From Psammoneis japonica (lineage: Eukaryota), in NCBI GenBank assembly GCA_008632985.1, contig QPGO01000373.1, positions 1 through 36,952 of the forward strand: a stretch of DNA of 36,952 bases, given 5' to 3'. The notes beneath the pieces are model-generated. The model ran no database searches. It was not told the DNA's origin and was given only the letters and a program-made list of their open reading frames with translations. How positions within the stretch are numbered: the stretch's first letter is position 1; the number at the start of each line of letters is the position of its first letter. Position numbers and translations under genes: made by a program. Shown here piece by piece: positions 22,949 to 34,183 of the stretch.

Positions 22949-23874
22949 GCCTGCAGTCCAGCTTGGGTTTGGGAGCAGGGCTTCCCACAGCACCAGCAAA
23001 GCAAATCCACTCCTGCAATTGGACTGGTTTGTCCCACTCACTAGTTTGGGACACCTCTGCCGAGGATGAACAAGAAAAGTGGAGAGAGCCACTGTCCTCA
23101 TGCAATCTGCAAAGAGGGACTCCGAATTCCCTCCCTTGTTGAAAGTGCTCAAAGTTGCATTGGCAAGCAAAGGTCATCATCATCGGTGTTGTTTGTGTTT
23201 TTCCTCTCCATCTCATTCTTTGGAGAATGACAACAGCAAGCCGGATCTAGATGGCCAATTTTGCTCCCACCTCTCCCGCCCTCTGGCCTGCCGTCCAGCT
23301 TGGGTTTGGGAGCAGGGCTTCTTACAGCGCCAGTGAAGCCAACTCCACTCCTGCAATTGGATTGGTTTGTCCCACTCACTGGTTTGGGACACCTCTGCTG
23401 AGGACAAACGAGAAAAGTGGCAAGAGCCGCTGCGCACCCTGCAGTGCCAGTTCTACAGCACGTTTCTTTTGCATTCCTGAACGATCACAAAAACATCACA
23501 AGTCACTTCTCATTCTAACATCATGCCAGCAGTTCCGTCAATCAAACCATCTCATCTCTACAAGGCGTCACTCGCCCTCATGGCAACCGGATGGCTTGCA
23601 AGACCCTCGGCAGCATGATTCTTTTCGTCATGGATTCCGGGCTTGTGCTTGGGCATGCCCTGCAGCACGCCATCCCAAGGCTCATAAAAAGGCTCACAAC
23701 TGGTTTGAAGACATCTTCTGATGTCGTCCAATTGATGATGTGGACAATGAGTCAGAGAGGTTCTACGACTGGGATCGTTGAGTGCTGTGATCTAGAAGCT
23801 CACTTTTTCTCTTGTCTGTCGACAACGTTGCGCCAGCTCAGTGCACAGTGAATTCACTTCACGCGTTTTTTACG

Positions 23875-24990
23875 ATGACTTCCAACGATGCTACGATGCC
23901 CTCCTTCGAACTCACCGGACAATGGGACACTCCGAAATGCTTCAAGGGGCCCACCACGAAGTTTGAAGTTCGAGACGTCCCTGACGACATCCACAGCGGA
24001 ATGCACGAAAAGAAAGTGACGTCTTTCAGCGGCGAGTGTGGCGATGATGACCCTCATTTCTCATGTGATTTCTCAAGACAGGTGAAGGAGATCTTTGACC
24101 ATGAGCCCTGCGAAGCAGGCCTGTCCAAGTTCGGCGTCTTCTCCACTTGTCTCGCCGGCACAGCGAAGACCGATTGGGAGCGAGTGCGACAGGAATTTGA
24201 AGATCCGGCGCTGGAGACAGAGGACATGTTCCAAGCCATCCTTGAAACATTCAAGACACATTGCTTCAAGAGCGACACACCTCGATGCGACCAGATCGAA
24301 CATCTGAAGACTGTCAAGAAATCGTCCGGAGCGACTTGCAAACAGTTGTCTCGGCGACAGACAGCATGATGACCGACCTTCAGCAATTTCCGCTGGACGT
24401 CAACAATGAAGGTGAGCCGCTGGACACTCAGCCCACCTTGTCTGACAATGACTGCGTCAACATGCTCATCAAGAGCGCACCGCAAGCTTGGCACGACAAA
24501 CTCACGGCCAACGGCACGAACCCTCGCAACCTCACCAAAAAGGACCTGAAAGAGTGATTCCACCGCATGGAAAAAGCAGAGAAATGCAAAGAGAAATGCT
24601 GCAAGCACTCCAACGACCGTCATCATGGAAGCGACGACCACGACAAAAAAAAAGAACGATCGCAAGACATCTCATGAGGGAACGTCCGGACACAAGATTC
24701 CCCGGAAATCCAAATGCTGCGACTTTTGCAAAAAGGCCGGACACAATGACCAAGACTGCAACCACCCTGGACATCTGCATCACAAGAAAGCATCCTTCAA
24801 ACACGACGACCGAGACAAAAATAACTGCCGCGACAAAGATCGGAACGACCGTCACCGCAAGCATCACTGTCACATCTCCGACGAAGAATCGGACCGATCA
24901 CATTGCTCTTCCAGTGACAAATCCTCGGACTACAATGACGGACGAGCACGTAAAATCCGCCGTTCCGAGAAACAGAATAAAAAAATGTGA
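23875..24990 (+). pseudogene. gag: Gypsy gag (disrupted)
   Basis: ATG at 23875, then frameshifts and stops. CCHC knuckle CDFCKKAGHNDQDC. Tyr is almost absent. Confidence 0.8.
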
Positions 24991-27900
24991 ATCTAGTGGC
25001 GAACTATCTGATGACCACCGGTTCAACTACTTACAAGACAAGATAGATCACGCGAAAGCGGAGCGTAGAAACGCCGCGATCACGAGAAATTTTTTATATC
25101 CGATTAAGCCGATTGGCGCCAAAATCGCAAAGAAAAAGCGCAAAACGGCAGTGTTAGCAGCTACAGTGCTACCAGAAGACGACTCTGTTACTGGATCAAG
25201 CACACTATCATTACTGGACTCTGGAAGCTCTGCTTCCCTCATACACAAATCTCAAGTGCCACGCAGATTCTGGCAAAAAATCAAATCTACCAGTTTTAAT
25301 ACAAAAACCGGCGAGTTCACATGTCGTTATAGAGTCTCATGTGACATAGCCTTACCAGAACTATCCACTACCAAAACCTTCCGATGGTCATTTTACGTTG
25401 ATGAAACAGATGACTCGACTTACGGCGTTATCCTTGGAAGCGACTGTCTCGAGGAACTCGAAATTGACCTATTGTATTCGTCAAAAACGATCCAATGGGG
25501 AGACTCATGGGCTCCAATGCGTAGCCATGATGAAGTAAAGAAAGGATCGGAAGCAGAAGAAATATTCTGGCAGATGCAATCCGACGAACATGATGCCGAC
25601 GCAAGCGAAATACTAAAAGATACCGCTTCGCGCGCAACTAAAATTTTAGACGCTAAATATGAAAAGGCAGACCTCGACAAAATAGTCGATGAATGCTCTA
25701 CTCTAAATAAAAAACAAAAGAAACAACTACTAAAGCTATTAAAGAGCCACGAAACTCTGTTCGATGGCACGCTCGGCGACTTCGACTGCGAACCAGCCGA
25801 CCTCCAAACAAAACCGGGCGAGGACATTCCGTATCACGCGAAACGAGCCTTCAGCGTCCCGCACATCCACAGAGACACCCTATACAAAGAAATACAACGA
25901 TTGGAGGCATTAGGAGTACTGAGAAAAAACGACTCCAGCCGCCATGCATACCCTACCTTCATTATCCCAAAGAAAAACAAAACGGTCCGCTTCGTATCCG
26001 ATTTCCGGAAACTCAACGCGAGACTCCGGCGAGAGCCATGTCCTCCGCCGACAATACAAGAAATATTACAACACCTACAAGGGTTTCAATATGCAACATC
26101 GTTAGATCTCAACATGGGATACTACACGATTAGACTTACCCCAGCAGCACAAGAAATGTGCACGATCATCACCCCGTGGGGGAAATACGGCTACCAACGC
26201 CTACCAATGGGAGTAGCAGTAGCGTCAGATATTTTTCAACTCAAAATGATGCAACTCATGCAAGGTCTAGAGAATTTTGTACGCACTTACCTTGATGACT
26301 TACTCCTTATTGGCCAAGGATCCTTCGAAGAACACTTGGACCAACTCAGCCAGGTCTTGACTAGGCTTCAAAAAGCCGGACTGAAAGTCAAACGCCGCAA
26401 AATCTACATTCTTTGCTACTGAGATAGAATACCTTGGTTTCTGGTTAACCAGGGAAGGGATAAAACCTATGCCAAACAAGGTAGCAGCAATAAATGAGAT
26501 TGCAAGACCAGAGACACAAAAAGAACTTCGCCGATTCATCGGCATGATAAACTTCTACCGCGATATGTGGAAGTCAAGGTCCCACTTAATCGCGCCACTT
26601 ACCGAGTTAATATCAAATAAGAAAAAGAAAAAACTCAACTGGCTCCCCATACATGAAAGAGCCTTCCAAGCAATCAAAGAGGTACTCAGCCGAGACGTAA
26701 TGCTGGCGTACCCCGACTTCTCAAAATATTTACAATCCACGTCGACGCGAGCGACTATCAACTCGGCGCCATAATCTCCCAGGAGGGAAAACCAATAGCT
26801 TTTTACAGTAGGAAACTGAACAAAGCACAAAGGAACTACACTACAACAGAAAGAGAACTGCTCTCTATCGTAGAGTGCCTTCGAGAATACAGAAACATCT
26901 TGTTAGGACACAAAATAGAAGTTTTCACGGACCATATCAATTTGACTTACGAAACGGCGTCATCAGCGCGAGTGCATCGCTGGCGCCTATTTACAGAAGA
27001 GTTCGGACCCACCTTGACGTTCATCAAAGGTGAGGAAAACACCGCAGCCGATGCAATCAGCCGGCTCGCGAAAGAAATACCGACTACGACAGTCGAAGGC
27101 CACGACGGCAGCGCGCCCCAACAATCAAATACTCAGCAGCCGGAGCGAATCACGCAATCCGAGCAGCTCTTCGTACAAACCCGAACTCGAAAGAAAAGAA
27201 AGCTAACAGAGAAAGCTAGAGCTCTCCAGGAAAAAGCTCAATCGCGATCCCAGCCGACCCGTAAGCGAAGGCGCCTGGAAAAAAGAAAAGAGGAAAATGT
27301 TCCCACTGATGGTTTGCCCATCAGCTATAACACTATCGCGAAACATCAATGGAAAGATACAAAACTATGTGAGAAACTTGAAACAGATAGCAATTACACG
27401 ATCAAAAAAATGGGCGATAACGACATCATTTTCTATAACAACGACCGCATGCCGATTCCGCGACCGCTCAGAAAATCACTGGTCGACTGGTATCATATCA
27501 ACCTCTGTCATCCCGGAGCGGATCGAACAGAAGAAACAATCAAACGCAATTTTATATGGAAAAACTTACGCGACGACGTACGAGACCGTGTAACACATTG
27601 TGACGAGTGTCAACGGCTCAAACGGCATACCAAAAAATACGGCCATCTTCCTGCCAAAATAGCAGAATACCATCCGTGGCGCAAACTTTGTGTGGATCTC
27701 ATAGGCCCCTACAAAGTACAGACCGCCGACGGAAAAATACACGAGCTGAAAGCACTCACCATGATCGACCCGGCCACATCGTGGTTTGAAATCAAAGAAA
27801 TACCCGATGCTACTAGCGAGACGGCTGCATTAATAGTCGACAGAGAATGGTTCTGCCGATATCCCCGTCCTCAAAAAATAACATACGATCAAGGCGGCGA

Positions 27901-28450
27901 GTTTACAGGCCAAGAATTTCAGGATCTGTTAGAATCCCATGGAATCAAAGCCAAACCAGCATCAAGCCGAAACCCACAGTCGAACAGCGTCATCGAACGC
28001 GTCCACCTTACTCTCCATATATGTTGCGCACGTTTGACTTACAAATACAAACACCAGACCCGATCCATCCCTGGTCAGGACACTTAGCCAATGCAGCTTA
28101 CGCTGTCAGAAGCACTTGCCACACCACACTCCAAGCCACTCCAGCAGAATTGGCATTTGGACGAGACATGATTTTTGATCAAAAATTCAGGGCTGATTGG
28201 GATCAAATTCGACGTCGCAAGCAACGACTAATCGACCAAAACAACAAGTGCGAAAATTTAAAACGAACAGAACATTTGTGCCGCGCAGGCGACCGCATGC
28301 TGCACAAAAGACGCGACGGACGCAAGCACGAATGCCATTGCGACGGCCTGCACGACATCATTGAGGCATGTTCCAATGGCACAGTGCGAATCCAAGCCGG
28401 TCGAAGGATCAAAGAGCGCATTAACATCCGCCTTCTACATCCTTGCAAAT
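24990..28450 (+). pseudogene. pol: Gypsy pol (protease, RT, RNase H, integrase) with ~3 frameshifts
   Basis: LLDSGSS, LDLNMGYY, RLPMG, YLDD, HVDASDYQLG, HHCC finger (HINLCHPG...CDEC) and the DDE triad VDLIGP / YDQGGEF / IERVH. Frameshifts near 26390, 26730 and 28020. Confidence 0.93.
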
Positions 28451-29356
28451 CACGACATTGGGTTCTTGCTTCACCCTTGGGGAAGCGAATGCAGTGCGCC
28501 ATCCCAAGGCTCACAAAAAGGCTCGTGACTAATTTGAAGATGTCTTCTGACGTCGTCCAATTGATGATGTGGACAATGAGTCAGAGAGGTTCTATGACTA
28601 GGATCGTTGAGTGCCATGATCTAGAAGCTCACACTTTTTCTCTTGTCTGTTGATGACGTTGTGCCAGCTCAGTGCACGCCCCTCTTTTTCGCGGGTGCCA
28701 AGTTTGCCATTGATTCAAAGCAAACATTCAAGAGAACCCATGCCCCCATGATGGGTGGTCCGACCCAAGATTCTCCCTTGCACACGGACGGAGAGTTTGC
28801 ATTGACTCGGAATCCCACGTGCCTTGGGATTGCCATTGCGCCAGGTGGAGCTGCACTGGCGACAAACTGTGCGTGGCATTTCGTGTTTCCAGTTGCAAAT
28901 GCTTTGGCAATGAATCACAGCTGCACTCCTGTAGAAGAACAGCAGCTCGAAGATGAGTTTGGCACAGTTCATTTGAAAAACAAGCGCAGAGTGCCACGTT
29001 GGACATAGAAAAGGAATGATCAGATGTGGAGCCAGCATTGCGTTTGCTCATCTCGGGCTGGATGTAGACACGCGCTCGAGTCAGACGTTTCGAAGCCAAA
29101 TCGATGGTTTCATTTTGCTGTGTTCTCAAACAATTTGCTGCAAAGCCGCGCCAAAGACTTGCAGGTGTTGCATCAGCAATGCTGCTGACACCGTCAATGG
29201 AAGGTCTTGTGTCTGGGGATGGTGCCATGTGAGTGCATGGTGGAACTGGTTTGGATTTCTTTTAGAGATGCAACAGAATCTAGTCCACACTGAGAACAAG
29301 ACAACACACCGGCAGAGCCGACAACTTTGCAGAGAGAAATTCTTCTGATCAATCTT

Positions 29357-30346
29357 TCATCGAATCTCCAGCTGCACAGTGGGGCATCCTGCTTGAGCCT
29401 TGTGTTGATCAAACACTCTTTGCAGTTCATTCACATGTTGCTTTGGCAGCTCTTGGATCTGCTGTGGTGTCGGATTTGCCACTTTTTCAGCCTCAACGGG
29501 GTCACCCAACACCGTGCTGCATTTGACTGGACAGGGCAATGGCGAGCCGCACTGTCCCCAGAAAAACATGAACGCAGCCGGGTGTCGTCTTGAAATCTCT
29601 TCAAATTCAACTTGATGACAAAAAGCATTCCCACCAAAGACATGCACTGGAATGAGACTTGCGCCGGTTTGCAGCGCGAGCTTCATGAGCCCATGTCGCG
29701 TGGCCTTGACCACGTGTGTTTTGGGCCGTGATGAAAACATTTCCGCCAATCTGCCCGGCAACAAAAACAGATTTTGACCTTGACTCATTTTTTGGCAGAG
29801 CACATTTCGACTCGCAGGTCCCGCCGATCCCCAGCAAAGCACTTGTCTCAGCAGCGGAGTGCGCGTCACAACCGTGGCGGCTGCGCCAAAGCCGTGTTGG
29901 GTCGGCAAGTGCTGACTGCAGAATGCCATCCAAAGAAAAGCCTGGAAAGGAGTCACGCCGTGTGGGTGCATGGCGCAAATGCACAACTGGGATGTTTCTT
30001 TTTCGGTGAGATGCGCCGCATCGTTTGCAATCAAGTTGTGATGCAAATCGAAAAGCTCGCGCCAGAGCTTGAAAACACTTCAAAAGCGTGGCCACGGTTT
30101 GTGAGGATGTGTCATGAGAATGAAGTCAATTATGAGCAAAACAAGCGATGCCTTTAAGGAACAAAACAAAAGAACTGGAACGAGCAACACCATGGCCAGT
30201 CCAGTGCAAAACAAACAAGGAACAATCAGCGCGAGAATCCATGCTGTGATTTTGTTGGCTCGTGTTGGTGGAAACCTCTGAGATGCGGCTCGAACCAAGG
30301 TTGGGGATCTCGCGTGTGCACCTTTAGCGGCGTTCTGCTGGCTCAT
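29357..30346 (-). pseudogene. DGAT2: DGAT2/MGAT-family acyltransferase pseudogene
   Basis: HPHG motif, then PLLRQVL, LLPGRLAEM, RHGLMKLALQTGASLIPVHVFG and VLGDP. The N-terminal TM segment lies in another frame (shift near 30080). No Tyr in the 229-aa ORF. Confidence 0.85.
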
Positions 30347-31580
30347 GTTGAGCATTTGACGTGCTCTAATGCACGTGGACGAGGCTAATAAAACCGTCGA
30401 CAACGCCAGAGTGCGCATCTGCGGCATGGTAAGTGCGGTCATAACGGCGGCATGGAAATCTGATTGGACAAACGACGTCAGCTAAGAACTTTTTTCTTAA
30501 CAATAAGTAAAGATGACATCATCCTTACCCCACCATCCGCCCCGCCCCCAGTCGCCGTGCGCCGCCGCCATGCATGCAACAACTTCAAAGAAAAAGTCCC
30601 AAGAGCAAGAGAGAGACACACACTGTGTGCGCAAACAGAAGGCACGTACCGCCCATGACAGCGGCAACTTTCGGACTAGTGAGCATAAAAATAACACCAT
30701 TAGAACCGCAGTGTTTTTGTTAGCATGGATATGTTGTTTCTCTTTTTGTTCAATGCACGTGCGACACTCTCATGGGATAATTTCTTCAACTGTCAAGTAG
30801 AAAGTTTTGCACCGTCCTTCTCGGGCCATTTAGTCTACCTACTCTAAAATCATTTAACTTACAAATAACACCGTTCAATCCGCCATATCTAAATTACTCT
30901 GTACGGTAGTTTCTGTGTCATAGAGATCTAGTTTAGGGACCTTATGCATGGCTTTCTGCGATGCAAGAAAAGACCTGAAAAATTCTTGCGATACAACAGG
31001 TCCATTTTGGAAAGAAGTACGCAAATCGTTACCATTTCCTTCTCGTCACATGTCATATCTACTTCATATTATCGATTGATACTACTTCTAAAGTCATAAA
31101 GTCGAGAGAAGTTGTCCAAAACAACCACACACCGCCATGGCGACTTGCACAAAAAAAACACATCTCATTCCACGTACAATTCTACGCGCGGCTTCAGTAC
31201 TTGACGTGATGCTTCTCGATACAGTGTGCTGTTCTGTAATAGTGCGTGCGTACTACAGTAGAGGCCTTACCGAGTCGTACGACTTGTTCTCATGCGACTT
31301 CGGAGAAACTCTCGATTTATTTAGCTGGCGGGCAGCCTCGCGAAGCCGTACGAAGTCCACTGAAGTCGCGTGATTTTGCCGATCACACGACTTGCGAGCC
31401 GATTTTCAGCTCTTGAAGTCGTGTAGTGTCGGAACATCTGTGGTATGTCTTCTACGCAATCTTCGCGTAAGGTGCTCGCACGACTTGTTCGAGAACCCTC
31501 GCCTCCAACTTGCCTCCAAAGAACAAAAGCACACAAAAACACACACCGGCATCGATGGGCCATGAGATAACACCGGCACC

Positions 31581-32675
31581 ATGGCAGAGAAAAAAACAAC
31601 CTGCGACTTCGAAAGTGCTCTTGATGCTCTGATGCATCCAGATAAACTTGGTGTTGGAGATGAAAACTCTCCACCAACTGGGCATGCCGCTGGAAAAGGG
31701 GATTGCACCGATGGGGACGTGACGATTGTTGGGGTGAAGCCCTCCGCGTGCAACAACATTGCCGACAGAGAACCTTTGTTGGAGGTTCCAAACATCCCAA
31801 AGGAGGCTGACATTGAGGAAATGGAAGGAAAGAGGCGCCTGCCAAACCTGACAAAAGAGGTCAATCAAGAGCTCTGTTGGGATCTCTTGACGTTGATTAG
31901 CACGCGAAATGCCCACTTGCCAATGCCAACGGGTGAGAGCGATCCAAAATGGGAGGAGGTTTTCTACTTGTTCTATGATCCTGTTAAAGGACCAGCGAGA
32001 GGCTATTCTCCGCCACAGGCACCAACCAAAATTCGCAATTGGCGCGAAGCAAATCTCAAAAGAGTTCGTGTTTTGGCCGCGAAGTATGATGCAAAGGCGG
32101 GGAAAGGAGCTGAGAAGGATGCGACGGGATGTGAGGTTCTGGCAAAGACTCTCAATGAAGCAAGACTTTCAGCACAGGCAGCAAAGAAAGATGAGACTCA
32201 AGAGGAACGCAACAAAGCAGCAGCGAGAAAAGCGACAAACGAGAGCTGTGAGTCGGAGCTTGGCCTCACACCTCCAGCTCCATTCAATGGAGGCAAGCAC
32301 TCAACCTGGAGCCATGACGTTGAGCCAACCATAGTTACAACTGTTGGGCGCCTGGATGGATCAGCAAGTGGAGACAGTCGGTCAAGGGATTTTGTGATGA
32401 ATTTGGAGGACGCCCAGAAAGGGGCTGAATCCTTGTTTTCAAATCTATCAAGTGGAATGGCCTTCGGCTCCCCTGAGCTGCAAGCATCCAAGAAGCGCAA
32501 GCTGGATGTGGAAACATTGCGTGAGCTATATATGCTCAAGAGCGATGTGGAAAAAAGCGGGAAAAAGGACGAGCGTCTAAGCGCTTTCTATGGAGCCATG
32601 TCTGAGGAAGTTTTTTCGTCTTTAGGCAAAAAGCCTGCCGAATCCAATGCCACCACCAAACCATCCACAAAATGA
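31581..32675 (+). CDS. Accessory ORF of the Harbinger-like element (putative Myb/SANT-like DNA-binding protein)
   Basis: Open 364-aa frame inside the TIRs, with spaced Trp residues (KWEEVF...IRNW), a charged helical stretch and a KKRK NLS-like motif. Function is inferred from the element architecture. Confidence 0.6.
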   Translation: MAEKKTTCDFESALDALMHPDKLGVGDENSPPTGHAAGKGDCTDGDVTIVGVKPSACNNIADREPLLEVPNIPKEADIEEMEGKRRLPNLTKEVNQELCWDLLTLISTRNAHLPMPTGESDPKWEEVFYLFYDPVKGPARGYSPPQAPTKIRNWREANLKRVRVLAAKYDAKAGKGAEKDATGCEVLAKTLNEARLSAQAAKKDETQEERNKAAARKATNESCESELGLTPPAPFNGGKHSTWSHDVEPTIVTTVGRLDGSASGDSRSRDFVMNLEDAQKGAESLFSNLSSGMAFGSPELQASKKRKLDVETLRELYMLKSDVEKSGKKDERLSAFYGAMSEEVFSSLGKKPAESNATTKPSTK

Positions 32676-32744
32676 AGTTCCAAATGATTGGTTTCTTTCC
32701 ATTGTTTAGCTTAGATTTAATTCATGTTTAGCAAGTTCATATTA

Positions 32745-34150
32745 TTGATCAAACAGCGTGCACTTTGACTTAAAGGTCGTTTGGATATGTGAATGCCGAT
32801 TCGGTTGTACTAGAGGTATGAAAACAAAAGTAACATTATTGGAAAGCGCTTGTTCTGTAGATAAAATTGTTGCCATTGATTGTTGCAAAACTCTTAGTCC
32901 TTCTAAAGCAACGCCTACTTGAGCAAACGCACTGGGATTTTGGCGCGCAACTGCGGGTCGGCAGGATATATGAATACCGATTCGGTTGTACTTGAGGTAT
33001 GAAAACAAAAGTAATACCATTAGAACGCTCTCATTCTGTAGATAATGTTACTGCTATTGATTGTGTCATAATTTTAAGTTCTTCTAAAGCAACGCCTACT
33101 TGAGCAAAACGTATTGGGATTTTGGCGCGCAAGTGCGGGGTCGGTAGGATATATGAATACCGATTCGGTTGTACTTGAGATATGAAAACAAAAGTAATAC
33201 CATTAGAACGATCTCATTCTGTAGATAATGTTACTGCTATTGAATGTGTCATAATTTTAAGTTCTTCTAAAGCAACGCCTACTTGAGCAAAACGCATTGG
33301 GATTTGGGCGCGCAAGTGCGGGGTCGGTAGGATATATGAATACCGATTCGGTTGTACTTGAGGTATGAAAACAAAAGTAATACCATTAGAACGCTCTCGA
33401 TCTGTAGATAATGTTAATGCCATTGATTGTGTCATAATTTTAAGTTCTTCTAAAGCAACGCCTACTTGAGCAAAACGCATTGGGATTTGGGCGCGAAAAA
33501 GTGCGGGGTCGGCAGGATATATGAATGCTGATTCGGTTGTACTCGAGGTATGAAAACAAAAGTAATACCATTAGAACACTCTCAATCTGTAGATAATGTT
33601 ACTGCTATTGATTGTGTCATAATTTTAAGTTCTTCTAAAGCAACGCCTACTTGAGCAAACGCATTGGGATTTGGGCGCGCAAGTGCGGGGTCGGCAGGAT
33701 ATATGAATACCGATTCGGTTGTACTCGAGGTATGAAAACAAAAGTAATACCATTAGAACGCTCTCAATCTGTAGATAATGTTACTGCTATTGATTGTGTC
33801 ATAATTTTAAGTTCTTCTAAAGCAACGCCTACTTGAGCAAAACGCATTGGGATTTGGGCGCGCAAGTGCGGGGTCGGTAGGATATATGAATACCGATTCG
33901 GTTGTACTCGAGGTATGAAAACAAAAGTAACACCATTAGAACGTCTCGATCTGTAGATAATGTTAATGCCATTGATTGTCCCATAATTCCCAGTGCTTCT
34001 AAAGCAACGCCTTGTTAAGCAAAACGCACTTGGACTTTTTGGCGCACAATAACTGCGGCGTCGTTTGGACAAGTCAATGACGATTCCGATCCGCTAGAGG
34101 TGTTGAAACAAAAAATAACATACCTCTGGAAAGCACTTATTCTCTAGACA
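32745..34150. repeat. Internal tandem array, ~183-bp monomer, ~7.5 copies
   Basis: GAATRCYGATTCGGTTGTACT starts at 32791, 32972, 33155, 33338, 33523, 33705 and 33888. The edge copies are diverged. Confidence 0.95.
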
Positions 34151-34183
34151 ATCAACATAAACTATAAAGTGTTTCTATGTTAT

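Larger units (their letters stand above)
15299..23435 (+). mobile_element. Degenerate DIRS/Ngaro-type tyrosine-recombinase retrotransposon (gag, RT, RNase H, N-terminus of YR) with direct repeats
   Basis: Gag-like ORFs at ~15680-17850 end in a CCCH finger (CLPFHIKGQCNSNCGSRACH). RT motifs KTDMLDGF, LPMGWRNSP and YVDD. RNase H motifs HDAAG, NIDLEL, TDN and DASRL. YR start FLQVF...TTEDAVWTIGQTF at ~22350-22530. Direct repeats at 15299-15618, 22948-23265 and 23285-23432. Confidence 0.85.
23661..28676 (+). mobile_element. Full-length Ty3/Gypsy LTR retrotransposon (5016 bp)
   Basis: TG...CA LTRs at 23661-23845 and 28490-28676. 5-bp TSD TGCCC/CGCCC. Purine-rich tract GGGGAAGCGAA before the 3' LTR. 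Domain order gag-PR-RT-RH-IN. Confidence 0.96.
23523..29008 (+). pseudogene. ICMT/PEMT-family membrane methyltransferase pseudogene split by the Gypsy insertion (23523-23660 + 28682-29008)
   Basis: Removing the element and one TSD gives the in-frame reading ...GLCLGMP|LFFAGAK...LHTDGEFALTRNPTCLG...EEQQLEDEFG...RRVPRW. There is an internal TGA near 23616, and the expected RNPxYLG reads RNPTCLG. Confidence 0.8.

Noticed and set aside
23846..23875. tRNA primer-binding site after the 5' LTR
   Set aside because: No TGG-initiated PBS is visible, and the region is mutated, so the absence cannot be interpreted.
26380..28030. Programmed frameshifts in Gypsy pol
   Set aside because: They fall inside RT, RNase H and integrase at short A or AT runs, so they are more likely indels or sequencing errors.
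30513..31250. Possible degenerate membrane-anchored protein gene truncated by the Harbinger-like element
   Set aside because: There is only a short hydrophobic stretch with multiple stops, and no family can be supported.
32742..34072. Repeat protein encoded by the 183-bp (61-codon) array
   Set aside because: Unit lengths vary from 181 to 185 bp and stops interrupt the frames.
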